Assembly: GCF_035944845.1 (NCBI RefSeq)
Contig: NZ_DASZAW010000043.1
Coordinates: 3,232 to 67,231 of the forward strand
Origin: Devosia sp.
Lineage (GTDB): Bacteria; Pseudomonadota; Alphaproteobacteria; Rhizobiales; Devosiaceae
Reading direction: 5' to 3'
Length of the DNA: 64,000 bases
Shown: positions 1 to 9,869 of the stretch, one piece after another
Numbering within the stretch: the stretch's first letter is position 1
Layout: each line of letters opens with the position of its first letter
Translations under genes and position numbers: made by a program
The notes under the pieces: model-generated
What the model was told of the DNA's origin: nothing
Database searches by the model: none
Seen by the model: the letters and a program-made list of their open reading frames with translations, nothing else

Positions 1-1
1 G

Positions 2-1297
2 CGGACGCTGCGCGAGACCGACTACGCCTACAACCAGCTGCCCAATGGCGGGCTGACCTTCCGGCAGATCATCCCGCTCGGCTCGGCCTTCTTTCCGCTC
101 AACCCCTGCGCCGACGGCCAGTTCGGCTCGGTCATCAAGACGTATCGCGACTGGAAGATTTCCGGTGATACCGAGTGGTTGAAGCGGTACTGGCCGAAGG
201 TGCGGGCGGCGCTCGAATACGCCTGGTCGCCCGACAATCCGGACCAGTGGGACCCCGAGCGCACCGGGATCCTCTGGGGCCGCCAGCACCATACGCTCGA
301 CATGGAGCTGTTCGGGCCCAACTCGTGGCTCTCGACCATGTATGTCGCAGCGCTGAAGGCCGGTGCCGAAATGGGCCGCGCTGCGGGTGACGCAGCGTTC
401 GCCGCCGAGCTCGACAAGATGGGGCAGGCGGGCGCCGATTACCTCAACCGCGAACTGTTCAACGGCGACTACTTCATCCAGAAGACCGACCTCGGCGACA
501 AGGCGCTGATCGAGAAGTTCGATCAGGCCGCCGGCAAGGTCGGCGTCATCGCCGACGGCTTCATGGAGACATACTGGTCGGACGAGTACGGCCAGATGAA
601 GTACCAGTTCAACGATGGCTGCGCGACCGACCAGATCCTCGGGCAATGGCATGCCGACCTCGCCGGGCTCGGCAGCTTTCTCGACCCCGACAAGGTGAAG
701 ACGGCGCTGGCCTCGGCCTACCGCCACAACTATCGGGCCGACCTCAAGGGGCATTTCAACCCCTGCCGGGTCTATGCCTATGAGGACGAAGGCGGCGTGC
801 TGATCGCCACCTGGCCCGCAGGCACCACCAAGCCGGCGGTGCCGGCGCCGTACTCGGAGGAGGTGTGGACCGGGCTCGAATATATGCTCGCCTCGCACCT
901 GATCTTCCGCGGCCTCACCGACGAAGGCCTCGACATCGTCCGCACGGCGCGCGCCCGGCACGACGGGCATCGCCGCAACCCCTGGAACGAGATCGAGTGC
1001 GGCAGCTACTACGCCCGCTCGATGTCGAGCTTTGCGCTGGTCAACGCCTGGTCGGGGTTCAGCTACGACCTGACCAAAGGCGAGATCGGCTTTGCGCCGA
1101 AGGACACCGGCGACGGGAGCTGGTTCTGGTCGGTGGGCGAGGGCTGGGGCGTGGTGACACGCAGCGGCAACGAGGTCCGCCTCGAGGTGCGCTATGGCAG
1201 CCTCGATCTGACAACGCTGAGCTTTGCCGGGACCACTGCCCGCATCGGGCGGAGGCTCGGCGCCGGCGACACCGCAGATCTGGCAATCGGAGGCTGA
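2..1297 (+). CDS. Glycoside hydrolase family 116 (GBA2-type beta-glucosidase-like), C-terminal part; the 5' end lies outside the window
   Basis: The frame is open from the window edge; the ORF-track start at 179 is only an internal TTG. The upstream translation CADGQFGSVIKTYRDWKISGDTEWLKRYWP and the long catalytic region are typical of GH116/DUF608. Confidence 0.8.
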   Translation, partial: RTLRETDYAYNQLPNGGLTFRQIIPLGSAFFPLNPCADGQFGSVIKTYRDWKISGDTEWLKRYWPKVRAALEYAWSPDNPDQWDPERTGILWGRQHHTLDMELFGPNSWLSTMYVAALKAGAEMGRAAGDAAFAAELDKMGQAGADYLNRELFNGDYFIQKTDLGDKALIEKFDQAAGKVGVIADGFMETYWSDEYGQMKYQFNDGCATDQILGQWHADLAGLGSFLDPDKVKTALASAYRHNYRADLKGHFNPCRVYAYEDEGGVLIATWPAGTTKPAVPAPYSEEVWTGLEYMLASHLIFRGLTDEGLDIVRTARARHDGHRRNPWNEIECGSYYARSMSSFALVNAWSGFSYDLTKGEIGFAPKDTGDGSWFWSVGEGWGVVTRSGNEVRLEVRYGSLDLTTLSFAGTTARIGRRLGAGDTADLAIGG

Positions 1298-1299
1298 GC

Positions 1300-2418
1300 A
1301 TGGCGGAACTGCAGCTCAAACAGGTGCGGAAGAGCTTCCAGAGCCTCGAAGTCATCCACGGCATCGACCTCACCGTCGAGGATGGCAGTTTCACGGTGTT
1401 CGTCGGCCCCTCAGGCTGCGGCAAGTCCACGCTGCTCAGGATGATCTCGGGGCTCGAGGAAACCTCGGACGGCGAGATCTGGCTCGATGGGGCGCGCTGC
1501 GACCACCTGCTGCCCTCGGCGCGCGGCATGGCGATGGTGTTCCAGTCCTATGCGCTCTATCCGCATATGAGCGTCGAGGAGAATCTGCGCTTCGGGCTCG
1601 AGAACCAGAAGCTGGGCAAGCCCGAGATCGCCGCTCGCGTCGACAAGGCGGCGGAGATCCTGCAGATCAAGCACCTGTTGAAGCGCCGGCCCAACCAGTT
1701 GTCGGGCGGGCAGAGCCAGCGCGTCGCCATCGGCCGCGCCATCGTCAAGGAACCCAAGGTGTTCCTGTTCGATGAACCACTATCGAACCTCGACGCCGAG
1801 TTGCGGGTGAAAATGCGCTCGGAGATTTCGGCGCTGCACCGGCGGCTCGGCACCACCATGATCTATGTGACGCACGACCAGGTCGAAGCCATGACCATGG
1901 CCGACCGCATCGTGGTGCTGCGCGAAGGGGTGATCGAGCAGGCCGGGGCGCCGATCGAACTCTATGCCCGGCCGCGCAACCAGTTCGTCGCCGGCTTCCT
2001 CGGCGCGCCGCAGATGAACTTCTTTGCCGGCAGGCTCACGGAGGCGGGAGAACGGCTTGGCGTGGAGCTGAACAAGGGCGGGCCGGTGCTGAACCTCGCG
2101 CGTCGCGAGGGGGCGGTGAAACCTGGCGATGCGGTAACGATCGGGGTGCGCCCCGAGCACCTGATCCCCACCGCCAATGGCGCGCTCGCCGTCGAGGTGC
2201 TTTCCACAGAAGTGCTGGGCGCCGAAACCGTGCTGCACGGCAAGACCGCCGGCGGCGAGCAGGTAACCGCCACCATGCGCGGCATCCTTGCGACATCGCG
2301 CGGCGACACGCTGCGCTTCGAAATTGCTGATGCCTTCACCCACGTGTTCGACGCCAACGGACTGACCCTGCAGCCGACGCGGGCGTGGACGGATGACTAT
2401 ATGAGGAAGATTGCGTGA
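1300..2418 (+). CDS. ABC transporter ATP-binding protein, MalK/UgpC (CUT1) type
   Basis: Walker A GPSGCGKST, signature LSGGQSQR, Walker B VFLFDEPLS, and a MalK-like C-terminal regulatory domain. The ATG at 1300 lies 2 nt after the GH116 stop; the longer ORF from 865 is only an upstream extension. Confidence 0.93.
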   Translation: MAELQLKQVRKSFQSLEVIHGIDLTVEDGSFTVFVGPSGCGKSTLLRMISGLEETSDGEIWLDGARCDHLLPSARGMAMVFQSYALYPHMSVEENLRFGLENQKLGKPEIAARVDKAAEILQIKHLLKRRPNQLSGGQSQRVAIGRAIVKEPKVFLFDEPLSNLDAELRVKMRSEISALHRRLGTTMIYVTHDQVEAMTMADRIVVLREGVIEQAGAPIELYARPRNQFVAGFLGAPQMNFFAGRLTEAGERLGVELNKGGPVLNLARREGAVKPGDAVTIGVRPEHLIPTANGALAVEVLSTEVLGAETVLHGKTAGGEQVTATMRGILATSRGDTLRFEIADAFTHVFDANGLTLQPTRAWTDDYMRKIA

Positions 2419-3620
2419 TGCGGATGTGCTGGACAAAAGGCCCCCTCACCCGGCCTTCGGCCGACCTCTCCCCCAAGGGAGAGGTGAAGCTGCGGCACGA
2501 TCTCGCCCCACGGACACCTCTCCCTGGGGGGAGAGGTCGCCGCGTAGCGGCGGGTGAGGGGGCCTTTGCGGTGGCTCTGCTCGCCCTCTTCGCCACCCCA
2601 GCCCTCGCCACCGACTACAGCGTCACCTCCGAGAAGGTGAAAGCCCTCACCGGACCCAACGCGCCGGCGCCGATGAAAGGCCCGGACATCTGCGGCACCG
2701 ATCTCGGCACCATGGCCGAGATCGACGGCAAGGTCGTGCTGGCTTTCGGCGATACCTTCGGCTGGAACGACAATGCCTGCATCCGCTTCGGGCCGAACTG
2801 GCGGTCTAATGTCGTCGCCTTCACTTCCGACCTCGATGCTTCGGACGGCATCGTCATCGACGACTGGGTGAAGGGTGAGGACGGCAAGGCGGTCGAGATC
2901 GCCAAGGGCGCGCACCAGGATGCGTTCAAGGGCGAGCAGACCAAGATCCCGACTGCCATGGTGACGGTCGGCGATACGCTCTACCTCCACTACATGTCGG
3001 TGAACGGCTTCTCGTCGATGGGCGGCGTATGGCTCTGCAACTGGTCGCGCTTCATCTCCTCCAAAGACGGCGGCAAGACCTGGAGCCCCGGCCCGGACGA
3101 GTTCGGCAGCTTCAAATCGAGCTTCAACATGCTGGCGCTCTCGGCCCAATCGGGCGCCGGCAACGAGGATGGCAAGTATGTCTATGCTGTCGGCACGCCT
3201 TGCGGCCGCTTTGCCGGGGCGCGCGTCGGGCGCGTTGCGGCCGACAAGGTGCTCGACACCAAAGCCTGGGAGTATTTCGACGGCAACGGCTGGGTCAGCG
3301 ACCGGGCGCAGGCGGTCGAGGTGATCAAGCCGGGCGCCGGCGAAGGCTCGCTGGTCTGGAACCCCGGCATCAAGCTCTGGATGTACACGACGCTCAACGA
3401 GCTGTCGGAAGCGATCGAACTCCGCTTCGCCGAGCGGCCGGAAGGTCCGTGGTCGGCGCCCAAGGTGCTGGCCCGCGGCTCCGACTATGCCCAGGCCTAT
3501 GGCGCCTACATGACCCCCTCATGGATTTCCGAGGACGGCCTGGCGTTCTGGTTCGTGATGAGCCAGTTCGGTCCGTACAACACCTATGTGATGAAGGCGA
3601 CACTAACGCCCGATGGGTAA
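2415..3620 (+). CDS. Secreted DUF4185 domain protein (GH183-like, putative endo-D-arabinanase fold)
   Basis: Signal-peptide-like [18 protein letters not shown]. Body motifs ([39 protein letters not shown]) resemble DUF4185. The first 50 or so codons are encoded by palindromic repeat E, so the start is ambiguous among 2415 GTG, 2418 or 2424 ATG, and 2571 GTG. Confidence 0.75.
   Translation: MMRMCWTKGPLTRPSADLSPKGEVKLRHDLAPRTPLPGGRGRRVAAGEGAFAVALLALFATPALATDYSVTSEKVKALTGPNAPAPMKGPDICGTDLGTMAEIDGKVVLAFGDTFGWNDNACIRFGPNWRSNVVAFTSDLDASDGIVIDDWVKGEDGKAVEIAKGAHQDAFKGEQTKIPTAMVTVGDTLYLHYMSVNGFSSMGGVWLCNWSRFISSKDGGKTWSPGPDEFGSFKSSFNMLALSAQSGAGNEDGKYVYAVGTPCGRFAGARVGRVAADKVLDTKAWEYFDGNGWVSDRAQAVEVIKPGAGEGSLVWNPGIKLWMYTTLNELSEAIELRFAERPEGPWSAPKVLARGSDYAQAYGAYMTPSWISEDGLAFWFVMSQFGPYNTYVMKATLTPDG
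2439..2564. repeat. Palindromic element E (GGCCCCCTCACCCGGCC...CCTCTCCCCCAAGGGAGAGG ... CCTCTCCCTGGGGGGAGAGG...CGGGTGAGGGGGCC)
   Basis: Read directly. Lies inside the 5' end of the DUF4185 ORF. Confidence 0.85.
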
Positions 3621-3709
3621 AACTACGGGACTCTGCGCAGTCATATTGGGTCAAGTCGTTAACTCGGGGCTGCGTAGGTTCGAAAGGACCATTGTACCCA
3701 GGCTGTTCC

Positions 3710-5734
3710 ATGCAGAAGCGTGGCGGGCCGTTGCCCTCCGACAAGAAGTCGAGCCTCAGGCTTGTTGCCGTTGCGTGGCCCTTCATCGCCATCATTGTCA
3801 CGCAGGCCATTCTCGCCACCTTCAGCTTGCAGATGGTCACGTCGCTCAGGTCCTATGTGACCGGCGAGAGCATGTGGTCGAAGGGCCAACATGACGCGAT
3901 CTACTTCCTCAGCCGCTATATCGACACCACCCAGTCGAGCTACCTGGAGCGGCACCGGCAGGCGCTGAGCGTGCCGCTCGGCGACCACGATGCGCGGGTC
4001 GCGCTCGAGGCCAGCCCGCCCGACCTCGTGGCGGCGGCGGACGGGTTCCGGCGCGGCGGCAACCATCCGGACGATATTCCGGGGCTGATCTGGCTGTTCC
4101 AGAATTTCTCCTGGTTCAGCTACATGAGCGCCGCCATCGAGGATTGGCGCAATGCCGAAGTCACCCTGTTCCAGATGGAGGACCTGGCCGACGAGATGGC
4201 GCGGGCAGCCTTGGTGCAGCCATGGCAGCGGCGCGACTGGGCCGAACGGCTCGACGCCATCAACGACCAGGTGACGCCGCTCACCCACGCCTTCTCCAAC
4301 TCGCTCGGGCAGGGCACGCGGTTCGTGCAGACCAGCCTGCTGGTCGCCAATCTCGCTATCGCGGCTTTGTTCGTGGGGCTGACGCTGTGGCGGCTCAACA
4401 GTTTCCTGAGGCATCGTCGCTCGATCGAACACGAGCTGTCCTGGCGCGCCTCGCACGATGCGCTCACCAAGCTGCCAAACCGCGCCGCGTTCGAGCGGGC
4501 AGTGGAGCAGGCGATCGCCGACAGCTCGGCGACGGCGCTGCTGTTCGTCGATCTCGACCAGTTCAAGGTGGTCAACGATTCCGGGGGGCACGCCGCCGGC
4601 GACGAACTGCTCTGCGTCCTGGCCGATCGGCTGCCGGGCCTGCTCGGGCCTGGGGCTTTGCTGGCCCGGCTGGGCGGCGATGAGTTCGGCGTGCTGCTCA
4701 ATACCGGTTCGGTCGACGAGGGGCTGATCACCGCGCAGCAGCTGCGCCGCGCGGTAGCCGAGCTACCCTTCGTGTGGAACGATCAGCATTTCGCGGTTTC
4801 CGCCAGCATCGGTTTCGTACGCCTCGACCGCACCGTGGGGAGCCTCGCGACGGCGCTGCGGGCGGCTGACATCGCCTGCTACATGGCCAAGGAGAAGGGC
4901 CGCAACCGCGTACACGTCTACTCTCCCGATGATGCCGAACAGGCCGAGATGGCCGGCAATATCGGCTGGGTGCAGCGGCTGCAGCGGGCGCTCGACCGCG
5001 ACAGCTTCGTGCTCTACGCCCAGGACATCGTGCCGCTGAGCCGAAAGGCCGACAGCGAGCATTGCGAGATCCTGGTGCGGCTGGCCGACAATGGCGACCT
5101 GATCGGGCCGGGCCGCTTCATCCCGGCGGCCGAGCGCTTCGGGCTGATGCCGCAACTCGATCGCTGGGTGGTGCGTCATGCGCTCGAAGTTATCGCGATG
5201 CGCATGGAGCAAGGGGTGAAGCCGCATCGGTGCACCTATGCCATCAACCTCAGCGCACCGGCGATCGGCGACGAAAGCTTCCTGCCGTTCCTCAAGCGGC
5301 AGTTCGAGGTGACGGGGGTGCCGCCGCAACTGATCTGCTTCGAGATCACCGAGACCAGCGCCGTCGCCAATCTGGAGCGCGCCGCCGCCTTCATCACCGC
5401 ACTGAGGGGGATCGGGTGCAAGTTCGCGCTCGATGATTTCGGCGCCGGCATGTCGTCGTTCCACTACCTGAAGCGCCTGCCGGTCGACTACCTGAAGATC
5501 GACGGCGGCTTCGTCAAAGGCATGCTGCGCGACAGCACCGACCGGGCGGTGGTCGAAACCATCAACCACCTGGGCCATGTCACCGGCATCAAGACGGTAG
5601 CCGAGTTCGTCGAGACGGCGGATGTCCTCGCGGCGCTCGAGGCGATCGGGGTGGACTACGCCCAGGGGTATTTTATGGGGATCCCGAAGCCGTTCGCGGC
5701 GGAGGTGGCGGAGGTGGAGCGGTTGTCGGCTTAG
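3710..5734 (+). CDS. Membrane-bound diguanylate cyclase/phosphodiesterase (GGDEF-EAL) with an uncharacterised periplasmic sensor domain
   Basis: Two TM segments ([23 protein letters not shown] and [20 protein letters not shown]) flank about 200 aa. GGDEF motif [14 protein letters not shown]-domain motifs [29 protein letters not shown] chose the ATG at 3710; the ORF-track start at 3029 overlaps the upstream gene. Confidence 0.9.
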   Translation: MQKRGGPLPSDKKSSLRLVAVAWPFIAIIVTQAILATFSLQMVTSLRSYVTGESMWSKGQHDAIYFLSRYIDTTQSSYLERHRQALSVPLGDHDARVALEASPPDLVAAADGFRRGGNHPDDIPGLIWLFQNFSWFSYMSAAIEDWRNAEVTLFQMEDLADEMARAALVQPWQRRDWAERLDAINDQVTPLTHAFSNSLGQGTRFVQTSLLVANLAIAALFVGLTLWRLNSFLRHRRSIEHELSWRASHDALTKLPNRAAFERAVEQAIADSSATALLFVDLDQFKVVNDSGGHAAGDELLCVLADRLPGLLGPGALLARLGGDEFGVLLNTGSVDEGLITAQQLRRAVAELPFVWNDQHFAVSASIGFVRLDRTVGSLATALRAADIACYMAKEKGRNRVHVYSPDDAEQAEMAGNIGWVQRLQRALDRDSFVLYAQDIVPLSRKADSEHCEILVRLADNGDLIGPGRFIPAAERFGLMPQLDRWVVRHALEVIAMRMEQGVKPHRCTYAINLSAPAIGDESFLPFLKRQFEVTGVPPQLICFEITETSAVANLERAAAFITALRGIGCKFALDDFGAGMSSFHYLKRLPVDYLKIDGGFVKGMLRDSTDRAVVETINHLGHVTGIKTVAEFVETADVLAALEAIGVDYAQGYFMGIPKPFAAEVAEVERLSA

Positions 5735-5753
5735 GGGGGCTGGATGGTGCGGT

Positions 5754-5880
5754 ATCCTCCCCCGCGTGGCGGGGGAGGGGGACCGCCGAAGGCGGTGGAG
5801 GGGGGATGAAATGCCGATGGTTTGGCCGCCCCCTCCACCAGCTTCGCTGGTCCCCCTCCCCCGCCACGCGGGGGAGGATC
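5754..5880. repeat. Family B nested palindrome, copy B1 (arms ...CCTCCCCCGCGTGGCGGGGGAGGGGGACC...GGTGGAGGGGG / CCCCCTCCACC...GGTCCCCCTCCCCCGCCACGCGGGGGAGG)
   Basis: Read directly. Sits between the convergent GGDEF-EAL and AKR genes. Confidence 0.9.
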
Positions 5881-5901
5881 ACGGAGAGGCCGGTGCCTCG
5901 C

Positions 5902-6927
5902 TCACCCCGGCACCGGCGCCGCCGCATCGATCAGCCCCGCCGCCTTGAGATCTCCCCAGAACGCCACCGGGATCGCCTCCTGCAGATAGCCGATATTGCT
6001 CGTCACTTCCTCGGGCTTCGCGCCGCCCGGGATCACCGACACGACCGTGGGATGCGCGAGGGGGAACTGCAGTGCTGCGGCCTGCAGCGAGACGCCGTGC
6101 TTGGCGCACACCGCCTGGATGCGGCGGACCTTGTCCTGCACCTCTTCCGAAGCGATGCCATAGCCGTAGCGGGCAGTTGGGCCGGGGCCGGTGGCGAGGA
6201 TGCCGGAGGCGTAGGGGGCGCCGATGATCACCGAAATGCCGTTGTCGAGGCAGCGCTTCAGCCCGGTGCCGAGCGCCGCCTGATCGAGCAGGGTGTAGGG
6301 CATGGCGACGATGCAGAAATCGAGCGGCACCTGGGTGGCGAAGCTCAGCAGCGACGGGGCGGCGTTGAGCCCCATGCCGATGGCCTTGATCTGGCCCGAC
6401 GCCTTCAACTCCTCGAGCGCCTTGATGCCACTGCGGACCATGTCCTCCATGCGGGGGCCATCGGGGTTGCTGGCGAGCGAGGCCTCGGGGTCGTGAATCA
6501 GCAGCGCATCGACGCTGTCGAGGCCGAGCCGCAGGAGGCTCTGCTCGTAGGAGCGCATCACCCCGTCATAGCTGTAGTCCCAGACGATCTCCATGTTCAG
6601 CCCGCCGCCCCAGGGGGTGCGGTCGAAGGTCCTGGGGTCGGCCGGGCGACGGAAATAGCGGCCGACCTTGGTGGTCAGCAGAAACTGATCGCGCGGCTGA
6701 TCGATGAGGAAATCGCCGACCCGGTGCTCGCTGAGGCCACGACCATAGAACGGCGCGCTGTCGAAATAGCGCACCCCGCCGTCCCAGGCGGCTTTCAGCG
6801 TGGCATGCGCCGTCTCGCCGGAGACGCGGTGGTACATGCCGCCCAGATGGGCGGCGCCGAACCCCATGGGCGGCAGTTCGAGAGCGGTGGAGCCGACGCG
6901 ATGCCGGTCGGTGAGCTTGATGGACAT
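5902..6927 (-). CDS. Aldo/keto reductase (D-threo-aldose / L-fucose 1-dehydrogenase-like)
   Basis: AKR motifs GFGAAHLGG, YFDSAPFYG, LLTTKVG, LLIHDP. The ATG at 6927 (MSIKLTD) is the first start consistent with the family N-terminus. Confidence 0.88.
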   Translation of the reverse strand: MSIKLTDRHRVGSTALELPPMGFGAAHLGGMYHRVSGETAHATLKAAWDGGVRYFDSAPFYGRGLSEHRVGDFLIDQPRDQFLLTTKVGRYFRRPADPRTFDRTPWGGGLNMEIVWDYSYDGVMRSYEQSLLRLGLDSVDALLIHDPEASLASNPDGPRMEDMVRSGIKALEELKASGQIKAIGMGLNAAPSLLSFATQVPLDFCIVAMPYTLLDQAALGTGLKRCLDNGISVIIGAPYASGILATGPGPTARYGYGIASEEVQDKVRRIQAVCAKHGVSLQAAALQFPLAHPTVVSVIPGGAKPEEVTSNIGYLQEAIPVAFWGDLKAAGLIDAAAPVPG

Positions 6928-6955
6928 GGTCGGTGCAATCGGTTCGAAATGAAAA

Positions 6956-7978
6956 TCAGGGTGCAGTAGCGGCGATAGGATGGTTCGGCGGGCGGAAGGC
7001 TGAGGCCACGTCGTCGCTCGCCGAAACCGGGGCGTCGCGATAAAGGAAGCAGGTGGCGAGCCGCTCGCTGTCGGGCACGTATTTGGGCGGCAGGTTATCC
7101 CAGCACATCTCCATGACATGCGGGCAGCGCGGCGCGAACTTGCACCCCGGGTTGGGGCGGGCAGCGGAGGCCTCGGACACCGGTATCTCCTCGCCGCCCC
7201 AGGCCTTGGAAAGGTCTGGCAGCGGGATCGAGGAGACCAGCAGCTGCGAGTAAGGGTGTTTTGGCGTGCCGATCACCCGCTCCACTGCGCCGGCCTCCGA
7301 GACGTTACCGCGATAGAGGATCAGGATGTTGTCGCAGATCTGGAAGGCGGTGGTGAGGTCGTGGGTAATGTAGACGATCGAAATGCCGAGCTCGCGGTTG
7401 AGCGTCTTCAACTCGTCGAGAATGGTGGCGCGCAGCGACGCATCGACCATCGACACCGGTTCGTCGGCGACGATCAGCTTGGGCCTGAGCAGTACGGCGC
7501 GGGCCACCATGATGCGCTGGCGCTGGCCGCCGGAGAGTTCGTGCGGGAAGCGGCCGAGTGTATCCTGGGGCCTGAGGCCGACCCGCTTCAGCGCATCCTC
7601 GATCATGGCCCGAGCGGCGCTTTCGCTGTCGGCGAGCTTGTAGCGTTTCACCGGGGTCTCGAGCACGTGGTCGATCCGGTAGAACGGGTTGAAGACGTCG
7701 AAGGGATCCTGGAACACCGGCTGCACTTCGCGGCGGAACTGCCGCTGCTCGGCGCCGGTCATCCTGGCGACGTCCTTGCCCTGGTAGAGCACCTGGCCAT
7801 GCGAGGGGTTGATGAAGCCCAGCATCATCCGCGCCAGCGTGGTCTTGCCGCTGCCGCTCTCGCCGGCCACGGCGGTCATCGACGGGCTGGTGTCGGACAG
7901 CGACAGGGTGACGTCGTTGAGCGCGGTGAAGGCGCCATAGGTCTTGGTGACACCACGCATTTCAATGAGTGTGGTCAC
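6956..7978 (-). CDS. Peptide/opine/nickel-type (PepT family) ABC transporter ATP-binding protein, OppF/DppF-like
   Basis: Walker A GESGSGKTT, signature LSGGQRQR, Walker B LIVADEPVS, C-terminal oligo_HPY motif KHPYSQLL. ATGA overlap with the upstream ATPase gene. Confidence 0.93.
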   Translation of the reverse strand: MTTLIEMRGVTKTYGAFTALNDVTLSLSDTSPSMTAVAGESGSGKTTLARMMLGFINPSHGQVLYQGKDVARMTGAEQRQFRREVQPVFQDPFDVFNPFYRIDHVLETPVKRYKLADSESAARAMIEDALKRVGLRPQDTLGRFPHELSGGQRQRIMVARAVLLRPKLIVADEPVSMVDASLRATILDELKTLNRELGISIVYITHDLTTAFQICDNILILYRGNVSEAGAVERVIGTPKHPYSQLLVSSIPLPDLSKAWGGEEIPVSEASAARPNPGCKFAPRCPHVMEMCWDNLPPKYVPDSERLATCFLYRDAPVSASDDVASAFRPPNHPIAATAP

Positions 7979-9009
7979 GGGCGGAGCTCCTGGTGGGCAC
8001 GGGTCATCGGCGGCAGCGGCGGCAAAGCCGCATGCTCCGGATAGAGGTGGCAGGCGGCGCTCTGGCCCGGCGCCACTTGCTGCAGCAGCGGCGTCTCGCG
8101 CCGGCAGCGCTCGAAGGCGAGGGGGCAGCGCGGATTGAAGCTGCAGCCGGGCGGCAGGTCGACCAGCGGCGGCGGCAGGCCGGGGATGCCGGTGAGCTCG
8201 CGCTTCACTTCGATGCCGGGGAGGCTATCGACGAGAAGCCGGGTGTAGGGGTGCTTGGGGCTCTCGATCATCTGGCGCACCGGGCCGATTTCGACGAGCT
8301 TGCCGGCATACATCACGCCCACCGTATCGGCGAACTGGGCGATCAGCCCCATGTCGTGGCCGATCAGCACCACGGCAGCGCCGAGCCCATCCTGCAGGCG
8401 GCCGAGCGTCTGCATCACCTGGCGCTGCACCACCACATCAAGGGCACTGGTGGGCTCGTCCGCGACGATCACCTTGGGCGAGAGCGAGGTGGCGATGGCC
8501 ATGGCGGCGCGCTGCTTCATGCCGCCCGAGAGTTCATGCGGGTAGCGGCGCGCTACTTCCGGGGCGAGGCCGACATTCTTCAACAGCTCCTGGACACGCG
8601 CGTCGAGCTCGGCGCGCTTCATCCCCGGCTTGTGGGCGACGATGGCGTCGATCATCTGCTCTTCGAGCCGCATCACCGGGTTGAGCGAGCTCATGGCGCC
8701 CTGCGGGATCAGGGCGATGTCGCGCAGTCGCGTTTCGCGCAACTCCTTGGTGCTCATCTTGAGAATGTCGCGGCCGTCGAGCTCCACCGAGCCGCCGGCG
8801 ATGCGGCCGGGGGCGCGGGTGAGGCGCATCAGCGCCGTCGCCATCGTGGTCTTGCCCGAGCCGCTCTCGCCGATCAGCCCGAGCCGTTCGCCGGGCCGCA
8901 GCGAGAACGATACATCGTTCACCGCCTTGGCCGGGCCCTTGCCGGTGTCGTAGTGGACGTTCAGACCTTCGACGACGAGGATGGGTTTCAAGTCTCGAGC
9001 GACAGACAT
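7975..9009 (-). CDS. PepT-family ABC transporter ATP-binding protein, OppD/DppD-like
   Basis: Walker A GESGSGKTT, signature LSGGMKQR, KHPYTRLL. The ATG at 9009 overlaps the permease stop (ATGA). The ORF-track extension to 9888 is an artefact. Confidence 0.93.
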   Translation of the reverse strand: MSVARDLKPILVVEGLNVHYDTGKGPAKAVNDVSFSLRPGERLGLIGESGSGKTTMATALMRLTRAPGRIAGGSVELDGRDILKMSTKELRETRLRDIALIPQGAMSSLNPVMRLEEQMIDAIVAHKPGMKRAELDARVQELLKNVGLAPEVARRYPHELSGGMKQRAAMAIATSLSPKVIVADEPTSALDVVVQRQVMQTLGRLQDGLGAAVVLIGHDMGLIAQFADTVGVMYAGKLVEIGPVRQMIESPKHPYTRLLVDSLPGIEVKRELTGIPGLPPPLVDLPPGCSFNPRCPLAFERCRRETPLLQQVAPGQSAACHLYPEHAALPPLPPMTRAHQELRP

Positions 9010-9869
9010 CAGCGCCTCGCCAGCTTGGGGTTGGCAAAGCGGTCGAAGCCGACCGAGGTCAGGAACAGGCCGATGAAGATCAGGGCGATCACCACGATCG
9101 GCGGGCCCCACCACCACCAATAGCCGCGCAGCACCGCCGAGGATTGCTGGCTCCAGTAGATGGTGTTGCCGAGCGTCATTTCGTCGAGCGCGCCGAGGCC
9201 GAGCGCCTCGAGGCCGATGACGGCGAGGATCGAGCCCGAGACGGTGCCGACGAAGCTCGCGACGATATAGGGCATCAGGTTGGGCATGATCTCGGTGAAG
9301 AGGATTTCCCACTGGCTCTCGCCGTTCACCCGCGCCACTTCGACATAGGATTTCTCGCGGATGGTGAGCACCTGGGCCCGCACCGTGCGGGTGGTGAACA
9401 TCCAGCCGAGCGAAGCCACCACCAGCGCCATGATCACGGTGTTCATGCGGTCGATATTGCCGGCAATGATGACGAGGATGGCGATGGCCGGCACGGTCAG
9501 GAGCGCGTCGGAGATCACCCGGATGACGGCGTCGACGATGCCGCCGAAATGCCCGGCGATCAGCCCCAGCGCGGTGCCGAAACCGACGCCGATGAAGCCG
9601 GCGATCAGCCCCATCTTCAACGTGTTGGGGGTGGCGTAGATCAAGAGAGTCCACATGTCGCGGCCCTGGGAATCCGTGCCGAGGAGGTACTCGGCGCCGG
9701 GGGGTCTGCGCGGCCGCACGGCGCCGACCTGAGCATTCACCGCATCGACGAAGAACGGGCCGATGACGCTGAACAGCACGATGGCGAGGAGGATGCCGAG
9801 GCCGAGCAGCAGGACGCCGCTGATCCGGCCCTGCTCGTAGTTGCGCCGGAGGGAGGTCAGAAAGCTCAT
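9009..9869 (-). CDS. PepT-family ABC transporter permease (DppC/OppC-like)
   Basis: Multi-TM protein with N-terminal OppC-type segment and a BPD_transp_1 core. 4-nt overlap with the upstream permease gene. Confidence 0.9.
   Translation of the reverse strand: MSFLTSLRRNYEQGRISGVLLLGLGILLAIVLFSVIGPFFVDAVNAQVGAVRPRRPPGAEYLLGTDSQGRDMWTLLIYATPNTLKMGLIAGFIGVGFGTALGLIAGHFGGIVDAVIRVISDALLTVPAIAILVIIAGNIDRMNTVIMALVVASLGWMFTTRTVRAQVLTIREKSYVEVARVNGESQWEILFTEIMPNLMPYIVASFVGTVSGSILAVIGLEALGLGALDEMTLGNTIYWSQQSSAVLRGYWWWWGPPIVVIALIFIGLFLTSVGFDRFANPKLARR

Noticed and set aside
865-2418. N-terminally extended versions of real genes on the ORF track (865-2418, 3029-5734, 7975-9888, 11089-13086, 31310-32776, 5902-7119, 44744-46063, 47509-49542, 59611-61344)
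   Set aside because: The extensions overlap upstream genes or translate repeats. Internal starts with SD-like sequences, signal peptides or family-typical N-termini were chosen instead (see features).
5673-5927. Small ORFs with Pro/Gly/Arg-rich products such as ..LPRHAGED.. (5673-5927, 14280-14540, 23732-24037, 55524-55769), ..VIPAKAGTQ.. and ..PLPxGERG..
   Set aside because: They are six-frame translations of the palindromic repeat families. The same peptides appear on both strands and at many loci. The one exception is 55585-55827, which I kept as a finding because it inherits a duplicated RBS and start.
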